The translations under genes and the position numbers were made by a program. The notes below the pieces were generated by a model, which was given only the letters and a program-made list of their open reading frames with translations, did not search any database and had not been told where the DNA came from. From positions 32,001 to 96,000 of IMG/VR virus record IMGVR_UViG_3300020399_000132: DNA of 64,000 bases; one strand, written 5' to 3'. This document shows positions 38,582 through 48,305 of this stretch, piece by piece. Each line of letters starts with the position of its first letter. Within the stretch, counting starts at the first letter, position 1. Source of the stretch: a virus. Lineage: Duplodnaviria > Caudoviricetes.

Positions 38582-39983
38582 ATTGAAAATTCCCGAAGTC
38601 AGCCTTATTTCTGTGTCTATTATCAGTAGAGATATCAAACAGCGGTTCATCATCTTGTCCGCTGTCCGATATGTCTACTTGAGCTCTTTGATCGACATCA
38701 TAAAGTCTCATTTTACTTCTATCTACTCCAATAATAAACTTTCTATAAGATGTGGGATCATTATATCTGTTTTTCAATTGTTTTACAAGCATTTGATTTA
38801 ATTCTTCCATTTCTTCAGAAGATATAAGTGCGAACATAAAGTCAGCAGTTGCTGGTAAACCAAAACTCTCAGATGTATCTTCTAAACCAATATCTGTACT
38901 TGTAAACCCCGATCTGGTTGTTTGTGTTGCAGACATAATCGGAACATTATATTCTACAGCTAAGCCTCTTAATTCTTCGGCAATAGATTTAATATATGTG
39001 TATGAATTAACATTGGCTCCTGCCTTTATTCTAGAAGATGTGCAAATGTTTAAATAATCTATGAATATTATATCGGGAACAAAATTACGTTTCAAGCTTA
39101 ATTCACCTAATAAATTTTTAAAATGCATTGCACCGGCAGATGCAGTAGGATATTCTTTAATAATTATTTTACCATTGGTTTTTCCTTTGAGTTTATCTAT
39201 TTTCTTTTTATACATATCTCTAGGAATTTCTTCTAATTGACTCATAGGAATATCTAAAAGATTCGCATCAATTCTTTCAGCGATCCTTTCTTCCGCCATC
39301 TCCATGGTGATGTAAAGAACATTTTTATTAATAGAAAGACAACTAGCGGCTTGATGACACATGAATAAAGATTTACCAACTCCAGTTCCTGCTAAACAAA
39401 TATTTAAGGTCTTCTTAGGTAAACCCCCTTTTGTAATTTTATTAAATAACTCGAGATCAAATTCAAGTTTTTCTTCTACTCTGTGATAAAAATCAAATCT
39501 ATCTTCTGCGTCATCAATAAAATCATGTCCGACATGAGGATCAAAGGAAACGGCTAGAGCATCTGATAAAACAGTGGGAATTGCTCCTTTAGATAAATGA
39601 GTCTTCTCATTACCTTCAAGAATTGCGATAGCATTCACTACAGCATTATATATTGCTTTATCTTGACAAAATGTTTCTGATTGTTCTAAAAGCCATGGTG
39701 TGATGTCTTTAGAATCACTAGGCTTATCTAAAGTATTAATTATTTCATTAGATTTAGAATATTCTGTTTCATGTATACCCTCTAATTGATCTAAATCTAT
39801 TAATAAACTTTGTTTGGTTGGTAAGTCATTATGCTTTAAAATATATTCTTGAATTAATTTAAAAACTATCTTTTCAGATGAATCTTCAAAATATTCAGAT
39901 TTTACGTAAGGAACAACTTTCCTCGTAAAATTTTCATTATGTATTAAATGTGATAGTATCAGGCGTTCTATCCGCGGTGTCAT
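38574..39983 (-). CDS. gp41: Replicative DNA helicase (T4 gp41)
   Basis: LAGTGVGKSLFMC, EMAEERIAERIDANL, IKEYPT, DYLNIC, SESFGLPATAD, QLKNRY. Confidence 0.95.
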   Translation of the reverse strand: MTPRIERLILSHLIHNENFTRKVVPYVKSEYFEDSSEKIVFKLIQEYILKHNDLPTKQSLLIDLDQLEGIHETEYSKSNEIINTLDKPSDSKDITPWLLEQSETFCQDKAIYNAVVNAIAILEGNEKTHLSKGAIPTVLSDALAVSFDPHVGHDFIDDAEDRFDFYHRVEEKLEFDLELFNKITKGGLPKKTLNICLAGTGVGKSLFMCHQAASCLSINKNVLYITMEMAEERIAERIDANLLDIPMSQLEEIPRDMYKKKIDKLKGKTNGKIIIKEYPTASAGAMHFKNLLGELSLKRNFVPDIIFIDYLNICTSSRIKAGANVNSYTYIKSIAEELRGLAVEYNVPIMSATQTTRSGFTSTDIGLEDTSESFGLPATADFMFALISSEEMEELNQMLVKQLKNRYNDPTSYRKFIIGVDRSKMRLYDVDQRAQVDISDSGQDDEPLFDISTDNRHRNKADFGNFQYE

Positions 39984-40344
39984 TAGTTTTTACTCCTTCC
40001 TTTTCACTCTCTTCTTTATATCTGTCCCATAATAATTTAACTAAAATTTCTCCAATCATATATTCAAATTCAACACCTTCTTCATCAGAATGTTCAACAT
40101 CCTGCAATTCTGGCGGAACAAGAACAACATCGTATTCATATTTCGCATTACTTTCTCCTTGTTCGTCCGGAGGTGCAACTTGAAACTTCCCTAATTTTAT
40201 AACAGTTCCTTTAAAAGGGCCCGTATTTAATTCAACACACATTTGAGAAACATCCTCAGGATGTTCCGGATGAGGAACTAAATTATAATAACTATTAATT
40301 CTATCGTAATCTTCTTGTGTTAATTCATTCATTCTTTTTACCAA
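39937..40344 (-). CDS. Hypothetical protein in the T4 gp40 position
   Basis: Between uvsX and gp41; acidic; start may be MNELT at 40332. Confidence 0.5.
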   Translation of the reverse strand: MVKRMNELTQEDYDRINSYYNLVPHPEHPEDVSQMCVELNTGPFKGTVIKLGKFQVAPPDEQGESNAKYEYDVVLVPPELQDVEHSDEEGVEFEYMIGEILVKLLWDRYKEESEKEGVKTNDTADRTPDTITFNT

Positions 40345-40547
40345 CCCGTTATTTCTGTTCGATTATCCTCTAGAGGAATCCATTGCATTGTTTGTTCCTC
40401 TCCTGTCCATCTAGCAGAAACTATTGGATAAGTTCCCCAAGCTCTTTCTACAGCGGCTTCTCCCCCTCGACATATTTTTTTTGTTCCATCTTCAAACGTT
40501 AATTCCACTACTTTAACTTTCTCTATTATCATATTATCAGTCGACAT
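40338..40547 (-). CDS. Hypothetical protein
   Basis: ATG at 40547 with GAGG SD; overlaps both neighbours. Confidence 0.5.
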   Translation of the reverse strand: MSTDNMIIEKVKVVELTFEDGTKKICRGGEAAVERAWGTYPIVSARWTGEEQTMQWIPLEDNRTEITGW

Positions 40548-41598
40548 GTTCCTCTTCAAGAGCTGATTCTTCTTCTACTCCCATTTCGCCATATAAAAAT
40601 TCTTTTCCGGCAACTACATCAATCTGATCGAGAATTTCTTTTGTAAAATATTTTGTGGGATTTTTTAAAACTGTTTTTAGAAATACCTTTTCTCCATCAG
40701 GCATTTCTAATCTAGTAGAAACTTTTTTAAAGATTCCGTACTTCTCTGCTAATTCTGCTAATCCATAATATCTATTCAATCCTTCTTTAAATGTAAGAAG
40801 AACATCTACCATTTTATGTTCTTTTGTGAGCCTAGATTTATAAGTTCTACAATGAACTATATTACCAATTACTTCAGTACCATCCTTTTCTTTCTTTTTA
40901 GATAGAAATACGATACTAGATGCGGCATAATGTAAGCCCGTTCCCCCACCCATAATTTTTTGAGGAAATAATGTTCCTATTTGATCGTATGTGTGATTAG
41001 TAACAACAAGAGGTACTTTAGCTTTACCACCTAATAAAGTTAAAACCCTAAATGTGCCTTTAACCATTTGTGCTCTGGTCATATCTCTGGTCTCTTTACC
41101 GTCACTAACATCTTCCATTTCTTTAGTAGTAGAAAGATTACCTAATGAATCTAAACATATCATCATTGGTGGACGAGACTTGATGGGTTCTTCTAAATGT
41201 TTTTCTAGAATTTTAGTTGCTTGTGTTCTGAATTCTTGAACCGTAGCAACAGGTAGGATAATCATTCGTTTAGAATCGATTCCTCTTGATTCTATCATAT
41301 CTTTGGTTATGGCAGATTCACTTTCAAAATATATAACTCCACCAGTAGGATTATCTGCGAGAAATTGTCTGACACAACCTAAAACGAAAAAAGTTTTGCC
41401 TGTTGAACTTTCACCGGCAAATGCTGTAATTTTATTAGATGGTAATCCGCCATAGATGCTACCGGATAATTGAGCATTTAAAATATACGATCCGGTATCA
41501 ATAAAACTTTCTACATCGCCTGCTTCAACACCATCACTTACTACTGCGCCATATTCATTATTAGCTACTTGTAGCATTTCTCCAAAATAATCGCTCAT
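40537..41598 (-). CDS. uvsX: RecA-like recombinase UvsX
   Basis: [45 protein letters not shown]. Confidence 0.95.
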   Translation of the reverse strand: MSDYFGEMLQVANNEYGAVVSDGVEAGDVESFIDTGSYILNAQLSGSIYGGLPSNKITAFAGESSTGKTFFVLGCVRQFLADNPTGGVIYFESESAITKDMIESRGIDSKRMIILPVATVQEFRTQATKILEKHLEEPIKSRPPMMICLDSLGNLSTTKEMEDVSDGKETRDMTRAQMVKGTFRVLTLLGGKAKVPLVVTNHTYDQIGTLFPQKIMGGGTGLHYAASSIVFLSKKKEKDGTEVIGNIVHCRTYKSRLTKEHKMVDVLLTFKEGLNRYYGLAELAEKYGIFKKVSTRLEMPDGEKVFLKTVLKNPTKYFTKEILDQIDVVAGKEFLYGEMGVEEESALEEEHVD

Positions 41599-41630
41599 AA
41601 AACCTTTTTCAATTAATCATTATATTTTTC

Positions 41631-41663
41631 AAAAAAGGGGGGCAATATTCGGCTCCCCCTTTT
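41631..41663 (-). terminator. Intrinsic terminator
   Basis: GGGGG(A)GC-cgaatatt-GCCCCCC followed by U6 on the minus strand. Confidence 0.8.
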
Positions 41664-41672
41664 GCATGCAAA

Positions 41673-41758
41673 GTGGCGCACACCTAAGCCCAACGCCGAA
41701 GCAGGAACAGCAGGATGGCTAAGCCTCGGGGTTTAACCCAAGTCTGCCGATGCGCCAC
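41673..41758 (-). ncRNA. Unidentified GC-rich structured RNA
   Basis: Closing stem GTGGCGCA/TGCGCCAC, inner CTTGGG/CCCGAG hairpin and a cUUCGg-capped arm; followed by a terminator. Confidence 0.6.
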
Positions 41759-41767
41759 AATTTCTAG

Positions 41768-41989
41768 TTATGACTTGGAATAAATTCCCCAGAGTACCCA
41801 TATCGCAATTAAACCGACAAAACCTTCTTGTCCTAATTGTTTTACAAGTGCTACAACAGAACCCACGATATCAATTCCGATAAACGGTAAAGCTGCACCA
41901 AAAATAATCTGAAGAACTACGCCAAGAGCAATAACTGCTAAACCAAGTTCAGTGATGGAACGAATCCATCCAAGTACTTTATCTACCAT
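41768..41989 (-). CDS. Small hydrophobic membrane protein
   Basis: 73 aa with 2-3 hydrophobic segments; AAGGAG SD; late-promoter motif upstream. Confidence 0.75.
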   Translation of the reverse strand: MVDKVLGWIRSITELGLAVIALGVVLQIIFGAALPFIGIDIVGSVVALVKQLGQEGFVGLIAIWVLWGIYSKS

Positions 41990-42081
41990 ATATTGTTCTC
42001 CTTTTATTTTATATTATTCTCTCACCACGGTTAAACATAATTTCTGGTAACTCAGCTCATTCCGAACTACCTTACTATGCA

Positions 42082-42088
42082 TATTTAT
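42082..42088 (-). promoter_or_regulatory. T4-type late promoter
   Basis: ATAAATA just downstream of the gp43 stop. Confidence 0.5.
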
Positions 42089-42096
42089 CAAATTCT

Positions 42097-44601
42097 CTAT
42101 ACTAAAAACGCTTCTAGAGAACTTGTTTTTTCAGGAGACCATCCAATGACTTTTAATATTTCATTCAAGGGTCCCCTAAAAGACTTTTCAAATTGTTTAT
42201 CATAATCAATATAATCATGAAGCCCGAACTCTTCAGGCAAGCCTTCCATCATGGCTATAACACCATCTCTAATAGGATTAGGCTGTTTCAAATAAACAAA
42301 TTTGATCTTTTCCCCTTCTTGAATAAGAGGATACTTATTTTGCAATTCATTTTGTTTCAAAAAATGATTATACAGGCGTGTTCCTTTTACATGAACAGGT
42401 GTTCCTTTAGCATACAATTTTGTCCCACCATTATATTTTTCAATTCCTTTAACAGATCTAGGAAATGCAATATTTTCAATAGGTTCTTTTTCAAACTGTA
42501 TTCTAAAATCTGCAATGAACTTCTGTATAGCTTCTTCATCGTGATTGATAATAATATCAAAAGATTTTTTTAATTTATCTCTACAAGATGTGGGTGTTGA
42601 TGATTTAACAGATTCAATACCCATAACTTTAATTCGAGGATTTACATATCTAACACCCTCATTATCATGAACATTAAGAATATAATGTTTCTTTCCTGTC
42701 CAAATACCTTTATCAGCAATGCACTCTCTTTTCATAAACATCTTCTGACCATAAGCATTCATATAATTTGCTAGATCTGAATATCCGTTATCGATTACTC
42801 CTTGTAGTTTTTCCTCACATACTTTATCTAAAAAATTTATTACTTTAGTTGTATCCGGCTCTTCAGGAAATACTTTTTTTACTAATCCATCTAAAGTAAT
42901 GTAAAGGGAGTCTGTATCCGATGCAAGAACATAATCAACCTCTTTTGTTTCCATAACTTGATTAAGATAATTATTGACTACAGTTTCTGCCCAGCGAATA
43001 CTCAGTTGTCCTCCTAATGTAATAGCTTCAGATATTCTCAAATCAAAAAATCTAAAATATGGATTTCCAAAAGCTCCGTAAACACTATTAAGCATTAATT
43101 TCATGGCAGTTTGTTTATTGCCAAATGAATCTGCTTCCTTTTTTAATTTTTCTATCTCAACCGGATCCGTTGCTTTTTCTAATTTTTTCTTAGCCGCGAT
43201 TTCCTTCTTTTTAAAGATAACTCTATTATCATACTTCTCCTGCATTAGTCTTGGTAAAAATCCTTGTTCATCCTTTTTGAATCCTTGACCATTAGGAGCA
43301 ATGATAATATCTTTATCATAATATTTGTTTAAATCTACTTGCTTATTTAATAAAGAATCAACTCGACACGGCTCTGTAACACCTGTTAAAATAGTATCAG
43401 GACTAACATTGTATTGCATGATTAAATGAGGATATAGACTATTTAAATCAAAGCTGACAACCCATTTATGCATGCCTGTCTGCACTTCTTTTACATATGC
43501 TCCAACATATGCAGCATTTTTTGTATTATCTTTCTTAGGTGGAACTACTATATTTCTATTCATTAAATCATTCGCAAGAATAACTTCCCACATCATCACC
43601 ATTCCAAATGTGTCCTGATAGTTTACCTTTGCTTCATAAGCCAAAGCAACCACCATTTCTATCAATTTTTTCTTTTCCTCTAATCGTTCTACAAGCTGTG
43701 CATCTTTAATATTATAATCAATAAACAACTGATAATTTTCTTTATATAATGTATAAAGATTTCCATACTCTTCAAATGATAATTTTCTTTCTCCTAATTC
43801 AACAGAAGCAATATAATCTAACCTATAACTTTCCGCAGGAGGAGAATTCCTTCTATAAACATCAATGTAATCAATAACAGCAATACCGATGAGATCATGA
43901 AAGATTGTTTCTCTACCTCTAAAGGTTGTTGATCGCTCATTAACTAATCTCCAAGGAGATAATCTTTTGACAGCTTTATTATCAAATAATCTAGAAATTC
44001 TATTAACCAAATATGGAATATCAAAACCTTGAATATTCCACCCAGTAACAATATCTGGAGCTAACTTTTCCCAAAAAGAAAGAAATTCTTGAACCAAATG
44101 ATTTTCATCAGCACAATGAAAATATTCAACTGCCGGATTAGTATTATTATATTCACCACAACCAAATACGAAATATTTTTCTTTTGCTCCGACAGTGATG
44201 GCTTGAATTTCCTCGGTGGCTGAAATTGGATCTGGAAATCCGTGTTCTGAGGCAACCTCAATATCAATACTTGCGACTATGAGTTGTGAAAAGTCATATT
44301 CAATTCCTTTATCTTTAGGATACTCATCGTAAATAAAATTATATCTCCAAGCAGTCATTCCATAAATTTGAAAATTTTCTACTCCATCATATTTTCGAAT
44401 AAATTCTCTTGTTTCTTTAATTGTACCAGGCTTAATAGGAGATAATGATTTTCCATCAATAGTTGAATATTTTGATTTTTCGTTGGAAGGAATAAAAACT
44501 GTGGGGTGATATTCAATGCGATCATCAAAACGTTGGCCGTTTTCATAACCCCTAACTAAAACATGATCACCGATTTGGTGTACGTTTGTATAAAATTTCA
44601 T
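42097..44601 (-). CDS. gp43: Family B DNA polymerase (T4 gp43)
   Basis: DIEV exonuclease I, GWNIQGFDIPY, SFDLNSLYPH, KLMLNSVYG, SDTDS, KKHY. Confidence 0.97.
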   Translation of the reverse strand: MKFYTNVHQIGDHVLVRGYENGQRFDDRIEYHPTVFIPSNEKSKYSTIDGKSLSPIKPGTIKETREFIRKYDGVENFQIYGMTAWRYNFIYDEYPKDKGIEYDFSQLIVASIDIEVASEHGFPDPISATEEIQAITVGAKEKYFVFGCGEYNNTNPAVEYFHCADENHLVQEFLSFWEKLAPDIVTGWNIQGFDIPYLVNRISRLFDNKAVKRLSPWRLVNERSTTFRGRETIFHDLIGIAVIDYIDVYRRNSPPAESYRLDYIASVELGERKLSFEEYGNLYTLYKENYQLFIDYNIKDAQLVERLEEKKKLIEMVVALAYEAKVNYQDTFGMVMMWEVILANDLMNRNIVVPPKKDNTKNAAYVGAYVKEVQTGMHKWVVSFDLNSLYPHLIMQYNVSPDTILTGVTEPCRVDSLLNKQVDLNKYYDKDIIIAPNGQGFKKDEQGFLPRLMQEKYDNRVIFKKKEIAAKKKLEKATDPVEIEKLKKEADSFGNKQTAMKLMLNSVYGAFGNPYFRFFDLRISEAITLGGQLSIRWAETVVNNYLNQVMETKEVDYVLASDTDSLYITLDGLVKKVFPEEPDTTKVINFLDKVCEEKLQGVIDNGYSDLANYMNAYGQKMFMKRECIADKGIWTGKKHYILNVHDNEGVRYVNPRIKVMGIESVKSSTPTSCRDKLKKSFDIIINHDEEAIQKFIADFRIQFEKEPIENIAFPRSVKGIEKYNGGTKLYAKGTPVHVKGTRLYNHFLKQNELQNKYPLIQEGEKIKFVYLKQPNPIRDGVIAMMEGLPEEFGLHDYIDYDKQFEKSFRGPLNEILKVIGWSPEKTSSLEAFLV

Positions 44602-44762
44602 TTATCAAAATAATTATATTCCACTTTGTGTCCATAAGATTTTAATTTCTTATAACACCATAATATTTGATCATCGACCCAACTTCTTTTAGTCTTGTAT
44701 GCTCCAATTAAATATAGAAATTGGAGATATACCAAAAGAGGAAATATCAATAATCGTTTCAT
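44598..44762 (-). CDS. Small 54-aa protein with N-terminal hydrophobic segment (not in the ORF track)
   Basis: MKRLLIFPLLVYLQFLYLIGAYKTKRSWVDDQILWCYKKLKSYGHKVEYNYFDK; ATGA overlaps with both the endolysin and gp43. Confidence 0.6.
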   Translation of the reverse strand: MKRLLIFPLLVYLQFLYLIGAYKTKRSWVDDQILWCYKKLKSYGHKVEYNYFDK

Positions 44763-45256
44763 TGAATCAGCCCATTTTTATATACTGTTTTCCCTTTTAC
44801 TCTCAGAGCTGTATTAATTTTTCCGCGATTCTGACCATTTGTTTTAAAAGAGCAGTGGACCCATCCGCTACTAGGTTGACCTTGAGTATAAAATTCTAAA
44901 ATTAATTGATCAAAGTCTAAATTTTCTTTAATCCAGCGCGCTAATTTATAATTACCTATTCTGGAACTTTCAAAATCAGCTGCTTCTCCCCAACAATGTT
45001 GACTAGTTTTAGATCCGCCGACTGCCTTATTCAGAGCCAATCCTCTATAACCGCTATTAACTCGAAGTGGTCCAACTTCATCTCTTACCGGTTGTAAAAT
45101 ATGATTTGCAACGTTAGTAAGGTTAACTAAAATTTGTGCGGAATCGGGCATATTGGATATTCCCATTCTTTCTGCGGTTGAACTTTTCACTAGTTCAGGA
45201 AGAGTAAAATTAGGAGCAACCCTAATATCTTCTTCTGTATGTAATAAATCTATCAC
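44759..45256 (-). CDS. Peptidase M15 (Zn D-Ala-D-Ala-type) endolysin
   Basis: NFTLPEL, SGYR, SQHCWGEAAD, DQLILEF, WVHCS. Confidence 0.85.
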   Translation of the reverse strand: MIDLLHTEEDIRVAPNFTLPELVKSSTAERMGISNMPDSAQILVNLTNVANHILQPVRDEVGPLRVNSGYRGLALNKAVGGSKTSQHCWGEAADFESSRIGNYKLARWIKENLDFDQLILEFYTQGQPSSGWVHCSFKTNGQNRGKINTALRVKGKTVYKNGLIQ

Positions 45257-45304
45257 TGTATAATCCTAAAAGAGGGTTTGTTATGACCACATTTCTATAT
45301 AACA

Positions 45305-45312
45305 TATTTATA
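45305..45312 (-). promoter_or_regulatory. T4 late promoter for the endolysin
   Basis: TATAAATA in the hsp20-endolysin intergenic region. Confidence 0.6.
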
Positions 45313-45345
45313 ACGCCCCCTCTTGTATAATTTACGAAAAATAAA

Positions 45346-45789
45346 TTATTTAGTTACAATTGGGATCCGTCTAGATTTCTTATCCTCAGGAACAATTCTT
45401 TCTAAGGTGATAATTAACATTCCGCTGGTCATAACCGCGTCGTTAACTATCATATCATCAGATAAAGTCCAAGATCTTTTAAACGAGCGCTTGGCGATAC
45501 CTTGATGAATATAATCTTCTTCGGTTTTTTCTGTATCACTACTGACAGTTAATACTCTATCCTCAACATGTACCTTAATATCATTTTCGCCGAGTCCTGC
45601 AACTGCTAACTCTATTATATAATGATCTCCATCTTTTTTCAAGTTATAAGGTGGATATCCCTTAGATTGGTTTTGTTGATTACATTCAAAAAGTCTATCA
45701 AACATTGAATCAAACCCAACGGATAATCCTAATGCTTGTTCAAATTGTTTGTGGGTGGGGAATACAGAAAGTGCGTTAGTCGTTAACAT
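45346..45789 (-). CDS. hsp20: Small heat-shock protein (Hsp20/IbpA-like)
   Basis: GFDSMFDRL, YPPYNL, IELAVAG, HQGIAKRSF, GMLII; ATG at 45789 follows GGAGG. Confidence 0.92.
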   Translation of the reverse strand: MLTTNALSVFPTHKQFEQALGLSVGFDSMFDRLFECNQQNQSKGYPPYNLKKDGDHYIIELAVAGLGENDIKVHVEDRVLTVSSDTEKTEEDYIHQGIAKRSFKRSWTLSDDMIVNDAVMTSGMLIITLERIVPEDKKSRRIPIVTK

Positions 45790-45791
45790 AT

Positions 45792-45856
45792 GTCCTCCTT
45801 CTTTAAGCAAAGACGTTTAGTAAAACATTAAGAACCCTTACGCAAGCAATTCCTAA
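45792..45856 (-). promoter_or_regulatory. ROSE-like RNA thermometer in the hsp20 leader
   Basis: GTCTTTGCT-TAAAGA-AGGAGGAC: UUGCU pairs with the SD leaving a bulged G; upstream hairpin CATTAGGAAT...GTTCTTAATG. Confidence 0.6.
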
Positions 45857-45874
45857 TGATATGAAAGGAAAAGA

Positions 45875-46069
45875 TCAATCTCTCCAACCTTCTCCTGCTA
45901 TTAAATGCCCAAATCTGTGTTTGAACACTATCCATATTAAATGTAATATGGAATTGGCACTATACACTCCAACCTCGTCGAATTCAATAGTGCCTTTTTC
46001 GGGATCAGTTAAAACTTCTTCGTATATTTCTAAGTCGTAACTATGCCCGATAACTTTAAATCTGCTCAT
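45875..46069 (-). CDS. Hypothetical protein
   Basis: 64-aa ORF coupled to the dut stop codon. Confidence 0.55.
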   Translation of the reverse strand: MSRFKVIGHSYDLEIYEEVLTDPEKGTIEFDEVGVYSANSILHLIWIVFKHRFGHLIAGEGWRD

Positions 46070-46575
46070 TTACCAGTACTCCCAAAACCACCTGTTCGGC
46101 TGGTTTTTTGTTTAGGAGGTGAGCTGATTTCTTCGATATTATATTGTTGTAATCGCACAAGTTCTCCCTGTGCAATTCTATCATTATTATTTATAACAAT
46201 TGATTGAACGTCTGATAAGTTTATTACGGGAATCATTAACGGTTCGATATAATCGAAATCGATCACTCCTTCACAATTAATAAAACTCAACCCTTGTTTA
46301 ATCGCTGTACCAGATCTCGGATGTATTCTTACTGAAAATCCCGCTGGAATATCTAAAATTATCCCTGTAGGAACTAGTACTCTTTGAAAAGGATGTATTG
46401 TTATATTCTTATCATGTCTTTCAATAAATTTTTTCCTATCTTCATTCCAAAATTTACATCCTATTTCAGGAGTATAATAAGCATGTATATCAAAACATGC
46501 TGAGCCTCGTGTTGAAAATGTTGGAAGGGTTACGTCGGGATATAATTTATGAGCTTTCAGACTTAGTGTCGTCAT
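46066..46575 (-). CDS. dut: Trimeric dUTPase
   Basis: SACFDI, PRSG, GVIDFDY, RIAQ, RTGGFGSTG. Confidence 0.95.
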   Translation of the reverse strand: MTTLSLKAHKLYPDVTLPTFSTRGSACFDIHAYYTPEIGCKFWNEDRKKFIERHDKNITIHPFQRVLVPTGIILDIPAGFSVRIHPRSGTAIKQGLSFINCEGVIDFDYIEPLMIPVINLSDVQSIVINNNDRIAQGELVRLQQYNIEEISSPPKQKTSRTGGFGSTGK

Positions 46576-46975
46576 TTTTTTTATTACCTATATTATATTT
46601 CGCAACTAGTTCCCATTCATCTTTTTTCTTAAAAGATATAATCTTTAATTGATTAATTGGAACTATGTTATCTTCATCGATTTTATCATTATTAACTTTT
46701 TGTACTAGATCCCATTCGGCTAATAAATTTACTATTGTATTTCGTCTCGCTGCATCATTATCCGAAAAATTGGAAGGTTTTCCATCCAACATAAACAATT
46801 CTTTAAAATGTACAATGTAATATCTAGCTTGCTTATGAAGAATATGACAAGATTGATATAAAATCTTATCCTTCTTAGATGCTACACCTATTCTCGTTAA
46901 TGTTTCTTTTACTTTTAAAAAATCGTCGGGCTGCTTTAACTTGATTTCAACGAGAGAATCTATCTCTACGCTCAT
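46547..46975 (-). CDS. regA: Translational repressor RegA
   Basis: DDFLKVKETLTRIGVAS, LYQSCHILHKQ, YYIVHFKELF. Confidence 0.97.
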   Translation of the reverse strand: MSVEIDSLVEIKLKQPDDFLKVKETLTRIGVASKKDKILYQSCHILHKQARYYIVHFKELFMLDGKPSNFSDNDAARRNTIVNLLAEWDLVQKVNNDKIDEDNIVPINQLKIISFKKKDEWELVAKYNIGNKKNDDTKSESS

Positions 46976-47372
46976 TGTTCTCCTTCAAACCACCTGTAAA
47001 TAATTCTTGCCTAAGAGTATTCAGATCTTCATCACTGAAGATATCTACAACCTCTCTTGCTTTTTGAAGGCTGTATCCATAATATTCAACAATTAAATCT
47101 ATGGCTTCATACTTCTCAGCTTTTAACCATCGACCAAATCTATTCTTGGGTCTGATAATATTTAGCAAATAGTGGTATTGAAGTTTATTGTCCAGATGAG
47201 TTCTGGTGTTCATTTCATTGGCTTGAAGGATAGTATCGAAATTAAAACTTAAAGATCGATTAACAAGAAACGCTTTATATTGACCTTCTAATTGATTATC
47301 AAAGTCATTACTTAGTATATCTTTTTTCTTATAATTGATATCATTTACAAAATCAAACGGATTTATTGCCAT
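46947..47372 (-). CDS. gp62: Clamp loader small subunit (T4 gp62)
   Basis: NRSLS...ANEMN, YYGYS.QKA; synteny with gp44 and regA. Confidence 0.9.
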   Translation of the reverse strand: MAINPFDFVNDINYKKKDILSNDFDNQLEGQYKAFLVNRSLSFNFDTILQANEMNTRTHLDNKLQYHYLLNIIRPKNRFGRWLKAEKYEAIDLIVEYYGYSLQKAREVVDIFSDEDLNTLRQELFTGGLKENNERRDRFSR

Positions 47373-48301
47373 TGTCCTTCTATCATAATTTCAATTAAAC
47401 ATGCTGTAAGATTTATATCTTGATCTGCAGCAAATGCGCTCTTATATTGATAATCTGCCAATAAAAGTATTATTGGTGGTAGTCCTGCTGGTGTCAAATG
47501 GTCATGCAAATTATCATATAACTTTCTATATACTGTTCTAGCATCTGTATGACTTGTATCAACAACCCATTTACGAACCTTAGTAAAGTTCTTTTCCTTT
47601 AATGCATTAATAAGAGCGTTAAAATCAGAATCGGAAAGCAAACTGAGGATACCACTATCAATACTTCCGCTGGTGCTATATCGTTGTAATTCATTTAAAG
47701 TTCTTCTAAAATCTGGATAATATTTCATAATAAGTTCAACAACAACTTTCTCGTTAAACTTAATCTTATTTTCATTAAGAATTACTGTAATTCTATCCAA
47801 TAGCTGTTGTGCTATCTTAGGTGATTCTTTTTTATCTACCTTAAATTCAACTACCGAGCATCGAGAATGAATAGGATCGATAATTCTATTAAGATAATTA
47901 CATGTAAAAATAAAGCTGCAATTATCAGCGAATCGCTCAATAAATCCTCTCATTGCTGGTTGCGTAGATTGAGGATTTAAATAATCGGCCTCATCTATAA
48001 TAACAACCTTACGACCACCAATTAATGAAACACTACTACAATAATTTTCTAACTTAACTCTCAATAAATCAATACCAGATTCCTGAGAACCGTTGATGAT
48101 CAAATAGTCTAAACCAATCTCTTTACACATTGCTTTCGCAATTGTGGTTTTACCCATTCCAGGACCACCACATAAAAGAAGATTTGGTATATTACCCGAG
48201 GCCACATAAGATTCGAATGGTTCTTTCAGATGATCTGGTAGAATACATTCTGCTACTGTTTGAGGTCTATAAGCTTCAACCCATAATATATTTTTTGTCA
48301 T
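47363..48301 (-). CDS. gp44: Clamp loader large subunit (T4 gp44)
   Basis: YRPQTVAECILP, GGPGMGKTT, IIDEAD, SRC, YPDFRR. Confidence 0.95.
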   Translation of the reverse strand: MTKNILWVEAYRPQTVAECILPDHLKEPFESYVASGNIPNLLLCGGPGMGKTTIAKAMCKEIGLDYLIINGSQESGIDLLRVKLENYCSSVSLIGGRKVVIIDEADYLNPQSTQPAMRGFIERFADNCSFIFTCNYLNRIIDPIHSRCSVVEFKVDKKESPKIAQQLLDRITVILNENKIKFNEKVVVELIMKYYPDFRRTLNELQRYSTSGSIDSGILSLLSDSDFNALINALKEKNFTKVRKWVVDTSHTDARTVYRKLYDNLHDHLTPAGLPPIILLLADYQYKSAFAADQDINLTACLIEIMIEGQWQ

Positions 48302-48305
48302 AATT

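Noticed and set aside
20410-44601. Inteins, introns or homing endonucleases in nrdJ, gp41, uvsX or gp43
   Set aside because: The proteins have normal lengths and contiguous motifs, and no HNH, GIY-YIG or LAGLIDADG ORF was recognised.
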